DNA of 15,576 nt, from NCBI GenBank assembly GCA_039588295.1, contig JBDHAB010000058.1:1-15576 (forward strand), read 5' to 3'. Positions 1 through 8,213 of this stretch are shown piece after piece; the stretch's first letter is position 1, and each line of letters opens with the position of its first letter. The notes under the pieces are model-generated. The model had not been told where the DNA came from, searched no databases, and saw nothing but the letters and a program-made list of their open reading frames with translations. The translations under genes were made by a program, and so were the position numbers. Source of the DNA: Gemmatimonadota bacterium (GTDB lineage Bacteria; Gemmatimonadota; Gemmatimonadetes; Gemmatimonadales; GWC2-71-9).

Positions 1-2
1 CC

Positions 3-1010
3 ATCGCGACGGTGAGTGCGACGGGGCTGGTGACGGCGCAGGGGAACGGGACCGTGACGATCACGGCGACGGCGGCCCCCAGTGGGGTGGCGGGCACGGC
101 GAGTGTGACGGTGGATCTGTTCAGCATCTACGTGACGAGCTTCGATACCGACAGCGTGTGGGTGATCGACGGTACGACGAATCTCTTGACGGACTCCGTC
201 GAGACGCAGACCAGTCCCTACGGCGTGACGATCACGCCCGACAGGACGCGAACCTATGTCACCAACTTCGGATCGAACACCGTGTCGGTGATCAACAACA
301 GCAGTAATACCGTCGTCACGACGGTACCCGTGGGCTCCAGCCCGCTGGGCGTGGCGGCCAGCCCGGACGGTCAGTTCGTCTTCGTAGCCCTTTTCCCCGT
401 GAGCCAGATGGAGATCATCCGCACGTCCGACAACGCCAACCTCGGACCAGTCGCGTTGGGCAGTTCACCGTATGGCGTCGTTGCGACCTCAGATAACGCG
501 TCAGTCTGGTTGTCGGACGACGAGGTCAGTGGCACAATCACCCGGTACGATCGCGGCACGGGACTCGCAGCGGACGTCGTGAACGTTGGCGCGCAACCGC
601 GCGGCATCGCTGAAACGCCTGACGGTGCGTTTCTCTACGTAGCGAATAGCGGATCGAACAACGTGTCGGTTGTTACAACCGGGGCGACGCCTTCGGTGCT
701 CACGACCGTGGCGGTAGGAACGAGTCCGGATGGTGTTGCGATCACTCCGGATGGGGCATTCGTCTATGTCGCGAACACGGGCAGCGGCAACGTTTCCGTT
801 ATCGCCACCGCCACGAACACGGCGATAACGGCGGTCGGCGTCGGCATTCAGCCGAGAGGTGTGGCGATATCACCGGACGGCAACTTCGTGTACGTGGCGA
901 ACCAGATGGATGGAACGGTGTCTGTTATTGCCACGGCGACCAACACGGTGGTCGCCACGGTGAGCGTGGGAGCCGGGCCACGGAACGCGGCGGTGCTTCA
1001 GCAACCGTAG
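3..1010 (+). CDS. Surface/secreted protein, 5'-truncated by the window: end of an Ig-like (Big_2-type) domain followed by a 7-bladed YVTN/YncE-type beta-propeller
   Basis: The frame is open from base 3. IATVSATGLVTAQGNGTVTITATA...ASVTV is a typical Big_2 ending. Seven ~42-aa repeats follow, of the form YV(T/A)N..S..VSVI...TNTV...V.VG..P.GVA.(S/T)PDG. Stop TAG at 1008-1010. Confidence 0.9.
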   Translation: MATVSATGLVTAQGNGTVTITATAAPSGVAGTASVTVDLFSIYVTSFDTDSVWVIDGTTNLLTDSVETQTSPYGVTITPDRTRTYVTNFGSNTVSVINNSSNTVVTTVPVGSSPLGVAASPDGQFVFVALFPVSQMEIIRTSDNANLGPVALGSSPYGVVATSDNASVWLSDDEVSGTITRYDRGTGLAADVVNVGAQPRGIAETPDGAFLYVANSGSNNVSVVTTGATPSVLTTVAVGTSPDGVAITPDGAFVYVANTGSGNVSVIATATNTAITAVGVGIQPRGVAISPDGNFVYVANQMDGTVSVIATATNTVVATVSVGAGPRNAAVLQQP

Positions 1011-1569
1011 AGGGAATTATGGAGGCTGACCTGCGGTGCCTGGCTGTGACGCCTGGCGCCGCAGAGCCTGGAGGTGGTTGCGCGACGTGCGCATTCCAAG
1101 ACGTCCAGCACGTCGGTGCCGGATCGCCTGCGAATCGGCTGACGGCGTTCTCGAACCCTAGCCGGCTAACAGCTAGGTGTGGCCAAGCGCCGGAGCATGG
1201 GCAAGGAGCGACGCTGGCGGACCCCCCAGCACATGCACCGTAGTGTCCCCAATGTTGTGCAAATGGAACATCTGTCCGGGGTGAGAAGCAGCGGGGAGGG
1301 TGGGCTCCGGACAGGAGGAAGCTCCTCGGGAAGAAACGAAACCCGAGTGACGATCTCTGTAAGCGGTAGAGTTCAGAAAGGGCCTTCCTTCCCGCATGCG
1401 GGAGTGGCCGCGGCGTCCTGAGCCGGAAGAGTGGCCCTGGATGTGAGACATGCGGATGCTATCACGGCACGCGCGGCAGACACTGTGTGAGCCCGGCGTG
1501 TCATGACGAGGATCCTCCGTGCCCGCTACGGGTACGGGTCATCGAAAGGGCGGGTGGAAGCGCGTCTGA

Positions 1570-1668
1570 CCGCGACTAGGGCGGTACGATGCCATTCATC
1601 CGTGCGTAGGCGACCGACTGGCCGACACGCTCGTTCATATGCGCCAGCAGCTGAGACAGCACCGCCCG
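1570..1668 (-). pseudogene. Relic of the C-terminus of a DinB/YfiT-superfamily gene
   Basis: The minus strand reads RAVLSQLLAHMNERVGQSVAYARMNGIVPP*SR, close to the DinB-family ending I recall as H.xEH.GQ.(I/V)AYAR.NG(I/V)VPPWS. The Trp codon appears as TAG, the second His as Arg, and no N-terminal part is recognisable. Confidence 0.7.
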
Positions 1669-1776
1669 CCACGCCCTTCCCCCTTGTGGTCCTGCTGGTC
1701 TGCGACGCGAGTAGCTTTGATTCGCGGAGCGGGAATGCGATACGGGCCGAGCGTGGGGCGAGGGGTACGTTGCCAC

Positions 1777-2172
1777 GTGCCCATCAAGTCCGATCCGTCC
1801 ACCTGGACCGACCCGCGCCACGTCCGCGGCCTCGAGGGTGAGGAGCGCGCGATCGAGTATCTTCGCGCCAGCGGCTGGCGAATCCTCGAGCACCGGTTCC
1901 GGATGGGTCGCCTGGAGATCGATCTGGTTGCGAGGAAAGGCCAGCTCGTAGCCTTCTTCGAGGTGAAGACACGCTGGGGAAGGCGGTACGGCACGCCGCT
2001 TCAGGCAGTCACGTGGTCCAAACGCCGGGAGATCGTGCGCGTCGCCAGTGCATGGGTGGATCGTCACGGAACGCCGGACGACGCGTATCGTTTTGATGTG
2101 ATTGGAGTTACACTGTCTCCCCGCGGGCGGTGCCGGCTGGAGCATGTTGAGGACGCGTTCCGCGTGGGCTAG
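1777..2172 (+). CDS. yraN: YraN/UPF0102 family putative endonuclease (PD-(D/E)XK fold)
   Basis: Motifs G..GE..A..YL...GW.IL..RFR....EIDLVAR, FFEVKTR and YRFDVIGV...HVEDAF. I chose GTG 1777 over ATG 1639 because the upstream extension is not YraN-like and overlaps the DinB relic. Confidence 0.9.
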   Translation: MPIKSDPSTWTDPRHVRGLEGEERAIEYLRASGWRILEHRFRMGRLEIDLVARKGQLVAFFEVKTRWGRRYGTPLQAVTWSKRREIVRVASAWVDRHGTPDDAYRFDVIGVTLSPRGRCRLEHVEDAFRVG

Positions 2173-2186
2173 CGGAGCCGCACCTC

Positions 2187-2202
2187 TTCGGTTTATATTC
2201 GG
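2187..2202 (+). promoter_or_regulatory. Candidate recA promoter -10 (TATATT 2194-2199) overlapped by a TTCG-N7-TTCG direct repeat, a possible SOS operator
   Basis: Sequence TTCGG TTTATA TTCGG with an 11-bp period. It is the most AT-rich patch between yraN and recA. Confidence 0.4.
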
Positions 2203-2204
2203 GC

Positions 2205-2283
2205 GGAGAAGGGAGAAGGGAGAAGGGAGAAGGGAGAAGGGAGAAGGGAGAAGGGAGAAGGGAGAAGGGAGAAGGGAGAAGGG
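2205..2283 (+). repeat. Perfect heptamer tandem repeat (GGGAGAA)x10 with partial flanking units
   Basis: Ten exact copies at 2211-2280, preceded by GGAGAA and followed by GGG. Confidence 0.98.
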
Positions 2284-2343
2284 TTCCGCGATTCGTCTCC
2301 CAAGACGAACATGAGAGACCACCCACGCAGCACCGAGGACATT

Positions 2344-3405
2344 ATGCCCGTAGAGGCCGACCAGCAGACCAATGCAAAAGTGACCCAGGAAAAGACCAAG
2401 GCTCTGAACCTTGCGATCGCCCAGATTGAGAAGACCATCGGCAAGGGCGCGATCATGCGCATGGGGCAGGACCAGCCGCGTGTGGCCGTCGGGTCGATCT
2501 CCACCGGCGCGATCAATCTGGACGCGGCGATCGGGGTCGGAGGAATCCCTCGTGGTCGGGTAACGGAAATCTATGGGCCGGAGTCGAGTGGCAAGACTAC
2601 CCTCGCACTGCACATTGCGGCGAACGCGCAGAACACCGGTGGAGTGGCAGCATTCATCGACGCGGAACATGCGTTGGACGTGGAGTATGCCAAGAAGCTG
2701 GGGGTGGATGTCGAGAACCTCCTGGTGTCCCAGCCGGACACGGGCGAGGAGGCCCTCGAGATTTCCGAGATACTGGTGCGCTCGGGTGCCGTGGATGTGA
2801 TCGTTGTGGACTCGGTAGCCGCACTCGTGCCGAAGGCTGAGATTGAGGGAGACATGGGGGATTCCCATATGGGACTGCAGGCCCGACTGATGTCGCAAGC
2901 GCTCAGGAAGCTGGCCGGCAGCATCAATCGGTCACGCACGTCGGTGGTCTTCATCAACCAGTTGCGTGAAAAGATTGGGATCATGTTTGGCAATCCGGAG
3001 ACGACGACCGGTGGCCGCGCGCTCAAGTTCTACTCTTCGGTCCGCCTCGACGTCCGTCGTATCGGCCCGGTCAAAGAGCGTGATGAGATCACAGGGAGCA
3101 AGGTGCGGGTAAAGGTGGTCAAGAACAAAGTCGCGCCGCCGTTCAGGCAGGCCGAGTTCGACATCATGTTCAACGAGGGAATCAGCCACGTCTCGCTGCT
3201 GGTGGACATCGGTGCCGAGGCCGGCATCATCGACAAGTCGGGCGCGTGGTATTCATACGGGAAGGAGCGTATCGGCCAGGGGCGCGAGAATGCGAAGTTG
3301 TACCTCAAGGATCACGAAGATGTCGCGGCCGAAATTGAGCAGAAGGTGAGGGTGGTGCTGGGAATGGGGACGGAGCAGAGCGAGGCCGAGGCGATTGAAG
3401 AGTAG
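2344..3405 (+). CDS. recA: Recombinase RecA
   Basis: Walker [10 protein letters not shown], plus [55 protein letters not shown] and [11 protein letters not shown] 2344 follows GAGGA; ATG 2311 is an alternative start. Confidence 0.99.
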   Translation: MPVEADQQTNAKVTQEKTKALNLAIAQIEKTIGKGAIMRMGQDQPRVAVGSISTGAINLDAAIGVGGIPRGRVTEIYGPESSGKTTLALHIAANAQNTGGVAAFIDAEHALDVEYAKKLGVDVENLLVSQPDTGEEALEISEILVRSGAVDVIVVDSVAALVPKAEIEGDMGDSHMGLQARLMSQALRKLAGSINRSRTSVVFINQLREKIGIMFGNPETTTGGRALKFYSSVRLDVRRIGPVKERDEITGSKVRVKVVKNKVAPPFRQAEFDIMFNEGISHVSLLVDIGAEAGIIDKSGAWYSYGKERIGQGRENAKLYLKDHEDVAAEIEQKVRVVLGMGTEQSEAEAIEE

Positions 3406-3410
3406 CGCTC

Positions 3411-4061
3411 GTGCAGGTCACGGGACTTCGCCCTGACAAGCGGGCTCCGTCTTGCCTCATCGTCGAGGTCGACGGGGCCCGTTTTGCGTCGGTACCCGCC
3501 GAGGCGGCCCGGGAGCTGGGGCTCGAGACGGACCAGGAGCTCCGGAAGGAGACACTGGACCGGCTCTCCTACTTGGCGGACGTTGAGTCCTCCCATCGCG
3601 TCGCCTTGCGTATGCTCGCCAACCGACCTCGGTCGGTCTACGAGGTGCTGCGCAAGCTTCGGGAACGCGGCCATAACCCATCGGCAGCCGCCGAGGCAGT
3701 CGGTCGGCTCGAAACTGCGGGACTCCTCGACGACAGGGCTTTTTCGGAGCACTACGCTCGCGTTCGTGCTGCCAAAGGCCATGGACGGTCGCGACTCCTG
3801 GCCGATCTCCTGGATAAGGGAGTAGACCGCCAGCTGGCCGAGCGAGCAATTGACAGGGTCCTGGATGCGGAGGGTGTGGAGCCCCTGGAGCAGGCCCGAG
3901 CGCTGGCCGAGAAGCGGGTTCGACAGCTGGGTGCCTTGCCAGCCGAAACACTTCGGCGACGGGTGTTGGCGTATCTTGGCAGGAGGGGGTACCAGGGGCG
4001 GGAGGTAACGGACATGGTGGAAGAGACGGTGGGGGACCGCTCCTCGTTCCCCACGTCCTGA
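3411..4061 (+). CDS. recX: Regulatory protein RecX
   Basis: Lies 5 bp after recA. Motifs ALRMLANRPRS..EV..KL..RG, L...GLLDD..F, G..RL..DL..KGV and LAYL.RRGY. Confidence 0.93.
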   Translation: MQVTGLRPDKRAPSCLIVEVDGARFASVPAEAARELGLETDQELRKETLDRLSYLADVESSHRVALRMLANRPRSVYEVLRKLRERGHNPSAAAEAVGRLETAGLLDDRAFSEHYARVRAAKGHGRSRLLADLLDKGVDRQLAERAIDRVLDAEGVEPLEQARALAEKRVRQLGALPAETLRRRVLAYLGRRGYQGREVTDMVEETVGDRSSFPTS

Positions 4062-4271
4062 CCCTGAATCTGGACGTCAGCGTTTTCCCAAACTCAGAGC
4101 TGAACCTGGGTCGGAACTTCCACTCGTCACCGCTTCGGGCGCTACGATGGATTCGAGGTATCGCCGACCGGCGTTCACTAGGCGGGGTGATGCGTCGCAT
4201 GCTGACGTCACCCGAGTCGATCGAGCTCCGCTATTGTATTAACGCGTAGCACACTTTGGGATGAGGTCAAA

Positions 4272-5297
4272 GTGAATCGATGGGTCATCGGGTTCTCGGT
4301 TGTTCTCCTGTACTGGATCGTCGGATTCTATCCCTTTCACTGGGCACCGCCTTCGCGTTTCCGGGCAGTCGCGCATGGAAGGGAGATCCAGTACATCACC
4401 ACCCAAGTCGTCGAGAATGCGGGGGCTAGGTCTTCCGCAGAGGGGTTGCAGTTTGTTGCGCCGGCGATTGCTCTCCTGCCAAGCCGACTGACCTGGCTCC
4501 CTGATGCTATCGAGGCCTCATCCTTGGCTGTGGAGCTGAGGGTTCGGCCCTACTTCTCGCGCCAGTATGGTCCGGCACGCATACTCACGATTTCACAGGA
4601 TATTTGGGAACGAAATCTGACGATCGGGCAGCAGGGCACGGACTTGATCATCAGAGTGCGCACACCGGAGACGGACCTCAACGGGGTGCCTCCATACCAA
4701 CTGAACGGAGTATTCGCTGCGACGGATACCAGACACATTAGCCTCCGCATTGCCCGCGGATCGATGAGTGTGCGAATAGACGGAGAAGAGGCACTTGCGG
4801 CCGTTCTGCCCCCAGAAGCTTTTTCTCGGTGGTCTCCTGATTACCGGCTTGCCTTCGGGAATGAGCTGACGTTCGATCGACCCTGGCTTGGCGACATCTA
4901 TCAGGCAACCGTAGGTCTCGGGCGAGGTACCGTGGATCACGCCCTGCCCGGAGCGCTAGATATTCCCAACCCCTTTGTCATCGAGCACGTGAAGCGGTTC
5001 AGCCTCGTCCCGTTCTCCATTCAGCGGGTGTCCAATCTGAAGGCGTATGTGGACTGGGCAGTCAATTTCATTGGCTTTCTTGCGTTAGGTCTTCTGATCA
5101 TATACGTGAGAGGGCGGTCCTCGTCGCTCTTCGTGGCAGCGCTACTCTGTGCCGCGTTGAGCCTGAGCATCGAAGTCGGTCAACTGTTTCTTGGGGGGCG
5201 CATACCGTCGACAGAGGATCTTATCCTGAACATCACGGGTGGCTCCTTCGGCGCCTGGGTGGTCAAGAGGTCGTCCAAGAAGTCCATAGTAGGCTAG
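4272..5297 (+). CDS. Membrane protein: N-terminal TM helix, LamG/concanavalin-like extracytoplasmic domain, C-terminal VanZ domain
   Basis: Hydrophobic N-terminus ending YPFHW. Middle region GPARILTIS...RNLTIGQQGTDLIIRVRT...LAFGNELTFDRPWLG. VanZ signature DWAVNFIGF..LG and SIEVGQLFLGGRIPSTEDLILN..G. GAGGT precedes the GTG. Confidence 0.85.
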   Translation: MNRWVIGFSVVLLYWIVGFYPFHWAPPSRFRAVAHGREIQYITTQVVENAGARSSAEGLQFVAPAIALLPSRLTWLPDAIEASSLAVELRVRPYFSRQYGPARILTISQDIWERNLTIGQQGTDLIIRVRTPETDLNGVPPYQLNGVFAATDTRHISLRIARGSMSVRIDGEEALAAVLPPEAFSRWSPDYRLAFGNELTFDRPWLGDIYQATVGLGRGTVDHALPGALDIPNPFVIEHVKRFSLVPFSIQRVSNLKAYVDWAVNFIGFLALGLLIIYVRGRSSSLFVAALLCAALSLSIEVGQLFLGGRIPSTEDLILNITGGSFGAWVVKRSSKKSIVG

Positions 5298-5338
5298 GCG
5301 AGCCCATCGCGGGAGGCACTGCCGCCCGATGGTTCGCC
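5297..5338 (+). other. GC-rich stem-loop directly after the VanZ-fusion stop (possible terminator or mRNA-stabilising hairpin)
   Basis: GGCGAGCCCATCG pairs imperfectly with CGATGGTTCGCC, and the inner GGGAGGC pairs with GCCGCCC. There is no U-tract. Confidence 0.4.
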
Positions 5339-5545
5339 ACGGTCCAGACCCATGCTCTTCTGCTGGCTGCAGCTCATGGCCGGATCCCCGCGTTGTTTGC
5401 ACCCCGCTCCTCGCACTGCAGGGTGTTGCCCGACATCGGCCTCGACTGTCACAGTTGTGCCTGCCGTGCCGCAGATGGGCGCGACGCACCAGAGCCCCGC
5501 CCCCGAGACCCAACCCGCGGTAGCGGTAGCAGCTCTTGGGTGGGC

Positions 5546-5554
5546 TGTTAGCTT
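5546..5554 (+). promoter_or_regulatory. Candidate extended -10 (TGn-TAGCTT) for a leaderless alaS transcript
   Basis: TGTTAGCTT ends 7 nt before ATG 5562, and there is no Shine-Dalgarno sequence. Confidence 0.5.
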
Positions 5555-5561
5555 TAACGCC

Positions 5562-8213
5562 ATGCGCTCGAGCGAACTCCGCCGATCCTTCGTCGAGTAT
5601 TTTCGCGACCGGGGACATGAGCATGTCCCGTCGTCGTCCTTGGTGCCGCACGGTGATCCCACCCTGTTGTTCACCAACGCCGGGATGGTGCAATTCAAGG
5701 AGGTGTTTCAAGGGCTGGAGCACCGAGAATACGATCGGGCGGTGACAGCGCAAAAGTGTGTGCGCGCAGGTGGGAAGCACAACGACCTCGAGCAGGTGGG
5801 TCACACCGCGCGACACCACACGTTCTTTGAGATGCTGGGCAACTTCTCCTTCGGTGACTACTTCAAGAAGGGGGCCATTGAGTACGCCTGGGAATGGGTC
5901 ACCAGTGAAGACTTCCTCGGGATCCATCCCGATCGCCTGTACATCAGTGTACACCACTCTGACGATGAGGCGCGTAGGCTCTGGCGCGACGTCGCGGGCG
6001 TTGCTGATGAGCGGATCTACGGGATGGGTGACAAGGACAATTTCTGGCAGATGGGAGACACCGGGCCTTGTGGGCCGTGCTCGGAGATGTATGTCGACTT
6101 GAGGGAGGAAGGAAGAGGGAGAGGGACGGTACCGTCGCTGGCCGAGTTTGAGGTCATTGCTGAGTCGGGTGATCTGTTCGAGATCTGGAACCTTGTGTTC
6201 ATGCAGTACGACCAGGCTGCCGATGGCACCCGCACTCCGCTCCCTGCTCCTTCTGTCGACACGGGCGCTGGGTTGGAGCGAATCGCCGCGGTGCTGCAGC
6301 ATGTCGACTCCAACTACGACACCGATCTCTTCCTGCCGATTATCCATCGGGCGGAAGAGATTGTCGGCAAGAGGTACGATCGAGGTCCCGATGGTATGGG
6401 GTTCCGCGTGCTGGCCGATCATGCCCGCGCGGTGGCGTTTCTGTTGGCGGACGGGGTGTACCCATCCAGCGACGGCCGCGGGTATGTCCTCCGACGTATT
6501 CTCCGCCGAGCGGTGCGGCACGCCTATGTGCTGGGGCAGTCCGAGCCAGTGCTAGCCCAGCTGTCGAGGGTGGTGGTGGAGACGCTGGGCGACAGCTATC
6601 CCGAGTTGCGTGAGAAGCAGGAGCACATCGAGTCGGTGACCCGGGCCGAGGAGGAGCGGTTCCTCGAGACCATCGAGGGCGGGCTCCGGCGGCTCGACGA
6701 GATTACGACAGGTGCACCTGGGACGATCCCGGGAGCCGAGGCCTTCAAGCTGTACGACACCTACGGCTTCCCGGTCGATCTCACCCAGCTCATCGCGGCT
6801 GAGTGCGGGTGGAGGGTGGATGAGGAAAGGTTCGATGAGGCGTTGAGTGAGCAGCAGGAGAGATCGCGCAAGGCAGGAAAAGGGGAAAGAGGAAGGGGGA
6901 AAGGGCCGGAGGCGCCGGTAGTCCGTCGGACGGGTGGTCAGGGGAGCTTTACGCGCGTCGTTCCCCGGAAACGGCAGAAGTTTGTCGGGTACGACACCAC
7001 GGAGGCCGAGACGGACATTCTGGCTTTCAGGAAGGGCGACGATCATCTCGAGCTGATCCTGAAGGACAACCCGTTCTACTCGGAGTCCGGTGGGCAGGTG
7101 AGCGACACCGGTGTTGTGAAAGGCGACGGGTGGACGCTCCCGGTCGAGGATGTCGTCAAGGTGGAGGGCAAGCAAGTCGTGGTCGGCCCCTACGAGGGTC
7201 CGTTCGAGCCCACGCCGGTCGCGGCGGTCGTGGCCCGCGAGCGGCGGCACAACATCGAGCGCAACCACTCCGCGACGCACCTCGCGCACGCAGCGCTCCG
7301 CAAGGTGCTTGGCGTACACGTGCGGCAGGCGGGGTCCGTCGTAGCGCCCGACCGGCTGAGGTTCGATTTCTCGCACCATGAGCCAGTGCGGTCGGAGGAG
7401 CTGGACGCTATCGAGGAGGAGGTGAACGAGCATATCTGGGAGAACGTGCCTGTCGAGACGCGTCAGATGCCGTACAAGGAAGCAATCGCGCGGGGCGCAA
7501 TTGCCTTCTTCGGCGACAAATACGGCGACGTGGTACGTGTGGTGGACATGCCGGGCGTGTCGATGGAACTCTGCGGCGGCACCCACGTGCGATCGACCGG
7601 GCAAATCGGGCTGTTCCACTTCGCTGGCGAGACGGGAGTAGCCGCCGGGGTACGCCGTGTAGAGGCGATCACCGGACCAGTCGCCTACACGCACGTCAAG
7701 AGCCTCGGCGAGCGGATCGACGAGGCGGCGGGAACACTACGCACGAACCCCGAGCATCTCGCTAGGAAGATCGAGGCGCTCCTTGAAGAGAGGAAACGGC
7801 TCGAGCGGCAAGTGGAGGAATTGTTACGCGAAGGGGGAGGAGGGGGGAGGAAGGAGTACGAGAAGCACCAGCTCGGTGATGTCGTGCTGTTCGTCGGGGA
7901 CGCGCCTGTATCCGACCGGGGCAAGATCGGGCTCTTGATGGACTCGTTCCGGGAGTCGCACCGGAGCGCGATCCAAGTGCTCGTGGTGGCGGGCGATCGG
8001 CCGGGGATTCACGTCGGGGTGACGGATGATCTCATCTCGCGCGGTGTGAAGGCCGGAGACTTGGCAAACCGAATCGCGGCCGTGAGCGGGGGTCGTGGTG
8101 GTGGGCGGCCGCACTTTGCGTCAGCGGGCACCGGCGACCCGACGAAGCTCGCTCTTGCTCGAGAGCGGACATCGGCCATCGTCACGGAGCTGCTCAGCGA
8201 GGTGGTGCGCTGA
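5562..8213 (+). CDS. alaS: Alanine--tRNA ligase
   Basis: Start MRSSELRRSF..YF. Motifs DPTLLFTNAGMVQFK, RHHTFFEMLGNFSFGDYFK, EIWNLVFMQY and DTGAGLER; editing motifs HSATH and ELCGGTH; C-Ala GGRGGGRP. The 70-aa extension in the ORF track from 5352 is not AlaRS-like. Confidence 0.99.
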   Translation: MRSSELRRSFVEYFRDRGHEHVPSSSLVPHGDPTLLFTNAGMVQFKEVFQGLEHREYDRAVTAQKCVRAGGKHNDLEQVGHTARHHTFFEMLGNFSFGDYFKKGAIEYAWEWVTSEDFLGIHPDRLYISVHHSDDEARRLWRDVAGVADERIYGMGDKDNFWQMGDTGPCGPCSEMYVDLREEGRGRGTVPSLAEFEVIAESGDLFEIWNLVFMQYDQAADGTRTPLPAPSVDTGAGLERIAAVLQHVDSNYDTDLFLPIIHRAEEIVGKRYDRGPDGMGFRVLADHARAVAFLLADGVYPSSDGRGYVLRRILRRAVRHAYVLGQSEPVLAQLSRVVVETLGDSYPELREKQEHIESVTRAEEERFLETIEGGLRRLDEITTGAPGTIPGAEAFKLYDTYGFPVDLTQLIAAECGWRVDEERFDEALSEQQERSRKAGKGERGRGKGPEAPVVRRTGGQGSFTRVVPRKRQKFVGYDTTEAETDILAFRKGDDHLELILKDNPFYSESGGQVSDTGVVKGDGWTLPVEDVVKVEGKQVVVGPYEGPFEPTPVAAVVARERRHNIERNHSATHLAHAALRKVLGVHVRQAGSVVAPDRLRFDFSHHEPVRSEELDAIEEEVNEHIWENVPVETRQMPYKEAIARGAIAFFGDKYGDVVRVVDMPGVSMELCGGTHVRSTGQIGLFHFAGETGVAAGVRRVEAITGPVAYTHVKSLGERIDEAAGTLRTNPEHLARKIEALLEERKRLERQVEELLREGGGGGRKEYEKHQLGDVVLFVGDAPVSDRGKIGLLMDSFRESHRSAIQVLVVAGDRPGIHVGVTDDLISRGVKAGDLANRIAAVSGGRGGGRPHFASAGTGDPTKLALARERTSAIVTELLSEVVR

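Noticed and set aside
1080..1125. Minus-strand peptide GTDVLDVLECARR, reminiscent of the DVLECPRC ending of IS91-like transposases
   Set aside because: Only five matching residues, no second Cys and no flanking similarity.
1011..1570. Structured ncRNA (tmRNA, RNase P RNA, 6S) in the long spacer; small hairpins near 1157-1177, 1325-1347 and 1390-1403
   Set aside because: No tmRNA termini or RNase P GAGGAAAGUCC motif on either strand, and short hairpins are expected at this GC. An Infernal/Rfam scan would settle it.
2205..2283. CRISPR array or repeat-encoded peptide (GRREKGE)n
   Set aside because: There are no spacers or cas genes, and the peptides are just translations of a simple 7-mer repeat.
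1576..2898. 440-aa minus-strand ORF
   Set aside because: Antisense shadow of recA and yraN that reads through the repeat (PSPFSLL). Only its last 30 codons look protein-derived and are reported as the DinB relic.
2344..3405. Intein or intron in recA
   Set aside because: Normal length with contiguous motifs.
4073..4209. 9-bp inverted repeat GACGTCAGC/GCTGACGTC as MITE ends
   Set aside because: Short, no target-site duplication and no second copy in the window.
5352..5561. 70-aa N-terminal extension of AlaRS
   Set aside because: AlaRS similarity begins at ATG 5562, which has a promoter-like element directly upstream.
5142..7694. Long minus-strand ORFs 5142-6521 and 6552-7694
   Set aside because: Antisense to alaS, typical of high-GC codon bias, with no recognisable motifs.
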